Part shown: in pieces, positions 59,864 to 64,000 of the stretch
How the letters are laid out: each line of letters starts with the position of its first letter
Numbering within the stretch: position 1 is the first letter of the stretch
Source of the DNA: an uncultured Verrucomicrobiae bacterium
Lineage (GTDB): Bacteria; Verrucomicrobiota; Verrucomicrobiia; Limisphaerales; UBA11358
Assembly: GCA_963738225.1 (NCBI GenBank)
Contig: CAVTVR010000001.1
Span: forward strand, 7,531-71,530
Direction of reading: 5' to 3'
DNA length: 64,000 nt
Translations under genes and position numbers: made by a program
The notes under the pieces: model-generated
Database searches by the model: none
Told to the model about the DNA's origin: nothing
Seen by the model: only the letters and a program-made list of their open reading frames with translations

Positions 59864-62654
59864 TTACTTTTCAATTGAGGTTTTTACCTCGGTTCCTCCT
59901 GACCCGGTGTCGGCATTTTTGCTGGCATCGGGTTTTTTAATCAGCGGTCGCCAGCGGCCGATCAAATTCAGCAGCGCCGGCAAAAAAGTTAGTCCGGCAA
60001 TCATGCACGTCGCAATGCCGACGGACATGATGATGCCCAGGCTGCGAATGCCGCGATGTTGCGCGAGAATCAGACTGCCGAATCCCGCGATGGCCGTCAA
60101 CCCCGACACCAGCACCGCCTTGCCGGTGCTGCGCGACAAAATGCCCGGCGTGCCTTCCTCGGCGTAGCGGTTCAAGATGTGGATGCCGTTGGTGACGCCG
60201 ATGCCGATGACCAGCGGCAGCGTCATGATGTTCGCCAGATTGATCGGCACGCCCGCCCAACCCATCAAGCCGGCCAGCCAGAGCGTGCCGATGCCGACCG
60301 GAACCAGCGCCAAAATCACCGCGCCCAGACTGCGGAAATGGAACAGCACCATGAGCGCAATCGCCGCCAGCGAATACCACGCCGCCTGCACATAGCTGTT
60401 CTTGAGCAGCGTTTCATATTCGTAAAGCTGCACGGGCGTGCCGGTGACGTTGGGATCCACCGTGCGCAATTCGCTGGACGAATTTTTCCTGCGGCGCGCG
60501 CTGCCAGACATCCTGCTTGGGATAAACTTGGATCAAAAATTTCCCGTTCACGCCCACAAACCGGTGGTGCAAGGCCGGCGGCAAATCGTCCACGCGCGGC
60601 GGCGTGGTGTCGTCCTGCTGCTGCAAAAGCTGGAAGGTATCGCGCAGGTCGGCGAGCAGCGCCTGCTGGAATTGCGCCAGCTTGTGCGGCGTATTCCGCC
60701 TGCTTGGCCGCGTCGCCGGCCAGCATCGTATTTGCGCAAATCGGTGATGGACTGGCGCGAGCGAACTCAGTTGCCCGGCCAGCGCCGGAGTCGTTGGTGC
60801 CGACATTCCTGCGCAGCCAGGCCGAGATAGCAAGACGGTGTAAAACAGCGTGCGCGCTCAAATCCTGGAGGTCCACCGGCTGCAAATCCGGCGCGTTGAA
60901 TTTCAGGCGCGGCGACTTCCGCCTTGATCTCGCCGATCAGCCGCCGCTTTTCGCCCTGGTCGGGATCAAGAAAATCCTTGTAAAACGGCGGCTCGGTGGC
61001 GGCCACGGTCGGCAGTTTCTCGATTTTTTCCTGCAACGCCACCGCGTTCGTCAGCGAATCCGCCAGCACCGCGCCGTAAAGCAGCGATTTGTCCGCCGAA
61101 TCCAGCAGCGTCTGTTCAAACACCACCGACGACAGGCTGGGGCTTTGCATTTTGATCAGGTTGTAATCGAAATACACCTTGCGCGCCTCGAACACCGCCG
61201 CCGCGCACAGGCTCGCAATGATGACCGTCACCAGCACCGGCCGTTGCAGCCAGAAATTTTCGATCCGCGCCCGCCGGTCGTCCTCGCGGATTTGATGGTC
61301 AATGACATTTTGCCGGCCGCGCAGCAGCATCACCGGCAGCATCGTCATCATCGGAATCAAGACAGACCAGCAGGCCGCCGCCGCAGATGACGCCCATTTC
61401 TTTGATGCCTTGAAAATTCGTGAAACACATCGCCAGAAACGCGCCCGCCGTCGTCAGCGCGCCGGTGAAAATTCCCTGGCCGGTGAACACCATCGCCTTG
61501 GTGATGGCTTCCTGCTCCGTTTTGCCGTGGTGCAATTCCTCCTCGTAGCGCGTGATCAAATGCACGGCGTAATCAATCGCCAGCCCGATGAGCATCGGCA
61601 CAAACGTGATCGTCAAAATGTTCAGATGCCCGACCGTCAGCGTGGTGAACGCCAGCGTGTAGCCGAGGCCGACCAGCAGGCAAAGGGTGGCTTTCACCGG
61701 CCGGCCGGTTTCGTTGATAGCCGTAGATGAAAATCAGCGCGCACAACACCATCGCCACGACGCTGGCCAGCGTGGTGTCTTTTTGCGACTGCGTCATTTC
61801 GTCGTAATCCAGCACCGGCTCGCCCGTGATGCCGACATTGACGCCCGGCACTTCGTCCCGCGTTTGCTTTGACCAGCTGGCGCAACCGGTCCACGGACGT
61901 CGCCGTTCTGGTCGTCAGTTCGGCGCGTGGCACGTCACCACAAAAATCCGGCCGTGGGCAAACGTCAGGTAGCTGGCCAGCACCGCCTCCTCGCTGCTGT
62001 CCGAGCAAAGTGGTGACATTCGGCGACGGCGGCGAGCCGGGCCGCATGCAAGGCATCGTTGGCCTGCGACACGATGCGTCCCAGCGCCGGCAGCGATTTG
62101 ACGAGCGACCTGTTTTCCGCGTTGTCCTCCTCTTTGGCGGTGCGGAAAGCCTGGTTGACCTGCTCAAACAGCGAGACCAGATTCGTCGTCTGCGTGAACT
62201 GCTCGATGAACGGCCGTCGCCGCGCGCAGCGTGTCGCGCATCTCAACCAGGTTGGTTTCCGAGGCGAATTGCAGCGCCTTGTTGCCCATCATCGCCAGAT
62301 TCTGCTGGTAGAAAACATCGCGGAAAAAATTTGTTTCCGCCTGCATCTTGGCCGCGATGCGCTCGACGAACTGCCGGTTTTTTTCCGATGTCGCCGCTTT
62401 CCACGACCACCACCAAGATCGTCCGGCTGCGGAAATTCCTTTTGGAACGCGAGATAATTCTGATGATATTTCTGGTTCGGCCCCACCAGATTGTCGCGGT
62501 TCATGTCCGCCTTCAGAAACAGGACGGTGTAGCCCACGCACACAACAAACAGCGCGACCTGCGGCCAGAAAAACCAGTGCGGATGCCGGCAGACGCCCGC
62601 CGCCAGCCGGCCCAGCAACCGCGCCAGAAAACTGTCTGCGCTCAACGCCTTCAT
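59864..62654 (-). pseudogene. RND-superfamily MMPL/HpnN-like transporter; at least 10 frame disruptions
   Basis: Two SSD-like TM bundles are present. The first is LCLLVGLGYTLAFTTLTVGHLNILTITFVPMLIGLAIDYAVHL. The second is LVPVGIGTLWLAGLMGWAGVPINLANIMTLPLVIGIGVTNGIHIL. The gene is spread over ORFs 62289-62654, 62164-62541, 61965-62246, 61573-61851, 61299-61697, 60767-61360 and 59864-60511. Confidence 0.7.
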
Positions 62655-62741
62655 TTCATTTATTAGGCGTGAGGCTTTGGGCTTTGGGCTTGCGGCAAAA
62701 TGGTTTTACCTCGCGCCTCGCGCCAGATGTCTCGCGCCGCC

Positions 62742-63077
62742 TCACTGCTTTTCCACAAACACCGCCGTGCCGTAGCACAGAACTTCCGTGATGCCCGGCG
62801 CGATTTCCGTGGCGTCATAGCGCACGCCGATGACCGCGTTGGCGCCCAGCTCGCCCGCGTGCGTGAGCATGAGGTTGAACGTGTCTTCGCGGGCGCGTTC
62901 GCACAGGTTGGTGTAGAGCGTGATGTTGCCGCCGAAAAGGCTCTGGAGGCTGGCCCCGATGTTGCCGATGACCGAGCGCGACCGCACCATGATGCCGCGC
63001 ACGACGCCGAAAGATTTGGTGATGCGATAGCCCGGCAGTTCAAAGGCCGTGGTCGTCAGCGGATGTGTCTGGCTCAT
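62742..63077 (-). CDS. ybjQ: YbjQ/UPF0145 family protein
   Basis: [76 protein letters not shown]. Confidence 0.8.
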   Translation of the reverse strand: MSQTHPLTTTAFELPGYRITKSFGVVRGIMVRSRSVIGNIGASLQSLFGGNITLYTNLCERAREDTFNLMLTHAGELGANAVIGVRYDATEIAPGITEVLCYGTAVFVEKQ

Positions 63078-63339
63078 AGGCCACTGATTGAACACCACCC
63101 CGCGCCCGCGCAAAAGCCAAATCTTGCGGTGTCAGAAATGCGGGGCGCACATTGACACCGTCATCACGCCAAATTGTAAAACCGGTGCGCTGGCTTGCAG
63201 CCGGCTTGAGAGGGTACATGTTTGTCAGCGTTGACCGGTTTCAATCACATCCAAAGCCGGCTGCAAGCCGGCGCTCCGGCGATAAACGGATGATGATACG
63301 CCGGAAGTTGGAATTCATGGTCGCGGGGTCACGATCGAG

Positions 63340-64000
63340 TCAGACCACCTGGGCCGATTTTTTCAGCAGGCGCGGATAAACCAGGCCATAAATCGTCGTG
63401 GCGATGAAGCCGATCAATGGCAGGGTGAAGGAGATTCCCACGCTGTGGTAGTGATCCCAAAGCCAGCCCATCAGCACCGCGGAGATGGAGCCGGCGGCGC
63501 CGACGGCCATCACATGGAACGAAGCGGCGATTTTGGTCTGCGGCCCGAGGTTGCGCACGCTCATCGCGAAGATGAACGGAAACATGATGGACATGAACAG
63601 CCAGCTGAGCGGGAGAATCATCCACGACACCATTTTGATGTCGGCGATCGCCAGCAGAATGATGATGGAGTTGGCGATGCCGTAAATCGCGAGCAGGAGG
63701 TTGGGCTTGATGATTCGCGCGATGGGCGCGCCGCTGAAACGTCCGACCGCATAGAGAATCATGCGCGAAGGTGATCACGTAGGCGGCCGTGGCGTCGGGC
63801 GTGGCCGCGTGCGTCAGGGATTTGATACCAGGCAAAGAGCGGAGCCGTTGACGTCGCTCCGGACGCGTCTTTGACAATCGCATTGTCCACGATGTAGTTC
63901 ACGGCAAACGCGTTGATCCCGATCTGGGCGATGATATAAAGGAACTGCGTGAAAACACCCCAGGTGAAATGCGGTTGACGGGTCAGATGGAGCTTTGAAA
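63340..64000 (-). pseudogene. MFS sugar transporter (FucP-like), C-terminal part; 5' end outside window; frame-disrupted near 63770-63830
   Basis: FTWGVFTQFLYIIAQIGINAFAVNYIV... then ILYAVGRFSGAPIARIIKPNLLLAIYGIANSIIILLAI... The pieces lie in different frames. Confidence 0.6.

Noticed and set aside
60056-61390. 444-aa plus-strand ORF
   Set aside because: It lies antisense to the RND/MMPL-like gene. Its translation is extremely Arg-rich and low-complexity.
1-64000. Stop-codon recoding or an alternative genetic code as the explanation for interrupted genes
   Set aside because: Apart from one possible TGA/Trp site, interruptions are resolved by changing frame and are not fixed by reading through a particular stop codon. 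TGA, TAA and TAG all terminate well-conserved genes at the expected positions.
1-64000. tRNA, rRNA, transposase, integrase or prophage genes
   Set aside because: I recognised none by eye. There is no T-loop-type GGTTCGAATCC-like signature in intergenic DNA, and no DDE or tyrosine-recombinase motifs in any ORF. A proper tRNAscan/Infernal/HMM run is still needed to confirm absence.

Overview
High-GC bacterial chromosomal window of about 60 genes. The gene content looks like a PVC-group organism, probably Verrucomicrobiota-like (inference): Tat-signal Gfo/Idh/MocA oxidoreductases, a VPDSG/PEP-CTERM-type protein next to PrsK/PrsR, a TIGR02999-like ECF sigma factor, many secreted beta-propellers, and GH95/GH97/GH127 glycosidases. 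Housekeeping genes recognised: pdxH, hflX, tyrS, murJ, ispE, tatC/tatA, a complete tolQ-tolR-tolA-tolB-pal cluster, pyrR-pyrB, sufT, cimA, nusB, ftsY, metF and mlaEFD. I recognised no rRNA, tRNA, CRISPR array, transposase or integrase. Main observations: (1) At least 60 single-base frame disruptions sit in multi-gene blocks that alternate with long error-free blocks. This is either unpolished homopolymer error or recent gene decay. (2) Two cargo segments are each bracketed by direct repeats of the 3' end of a housekeeping gene: pdxH around a 3.2-kb NHL-repeat gene, and tyrS around an AT-richer truncated AAA-ATPase gene. (3) A roughly 70-aa C-terminal domain ending in F[FY]R[LA] recurs on three secreted proteins, and an orphan relic copy is also present. 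(4) Several families of reiterated 8-10-mer elements lie immediately 5' of start codons or form long intergenic hairpins. (5) A textbook sigma-54 promoter precedes the VPDSG-CTERM gene, next to a frame-disrupted prsK/prsR/polysaccharide-export set. (6) A PyrR-binding RNA motif is present, TatC carries a roughly 75-aa periplasmic insertion, and an Mla locus is linked to an aromatic-Pro repeat protein and an HpnN/MMPL-like transporter. All coordinates and indel positions come from hand translation and alignment. Ends of disrupted genes are approximate.
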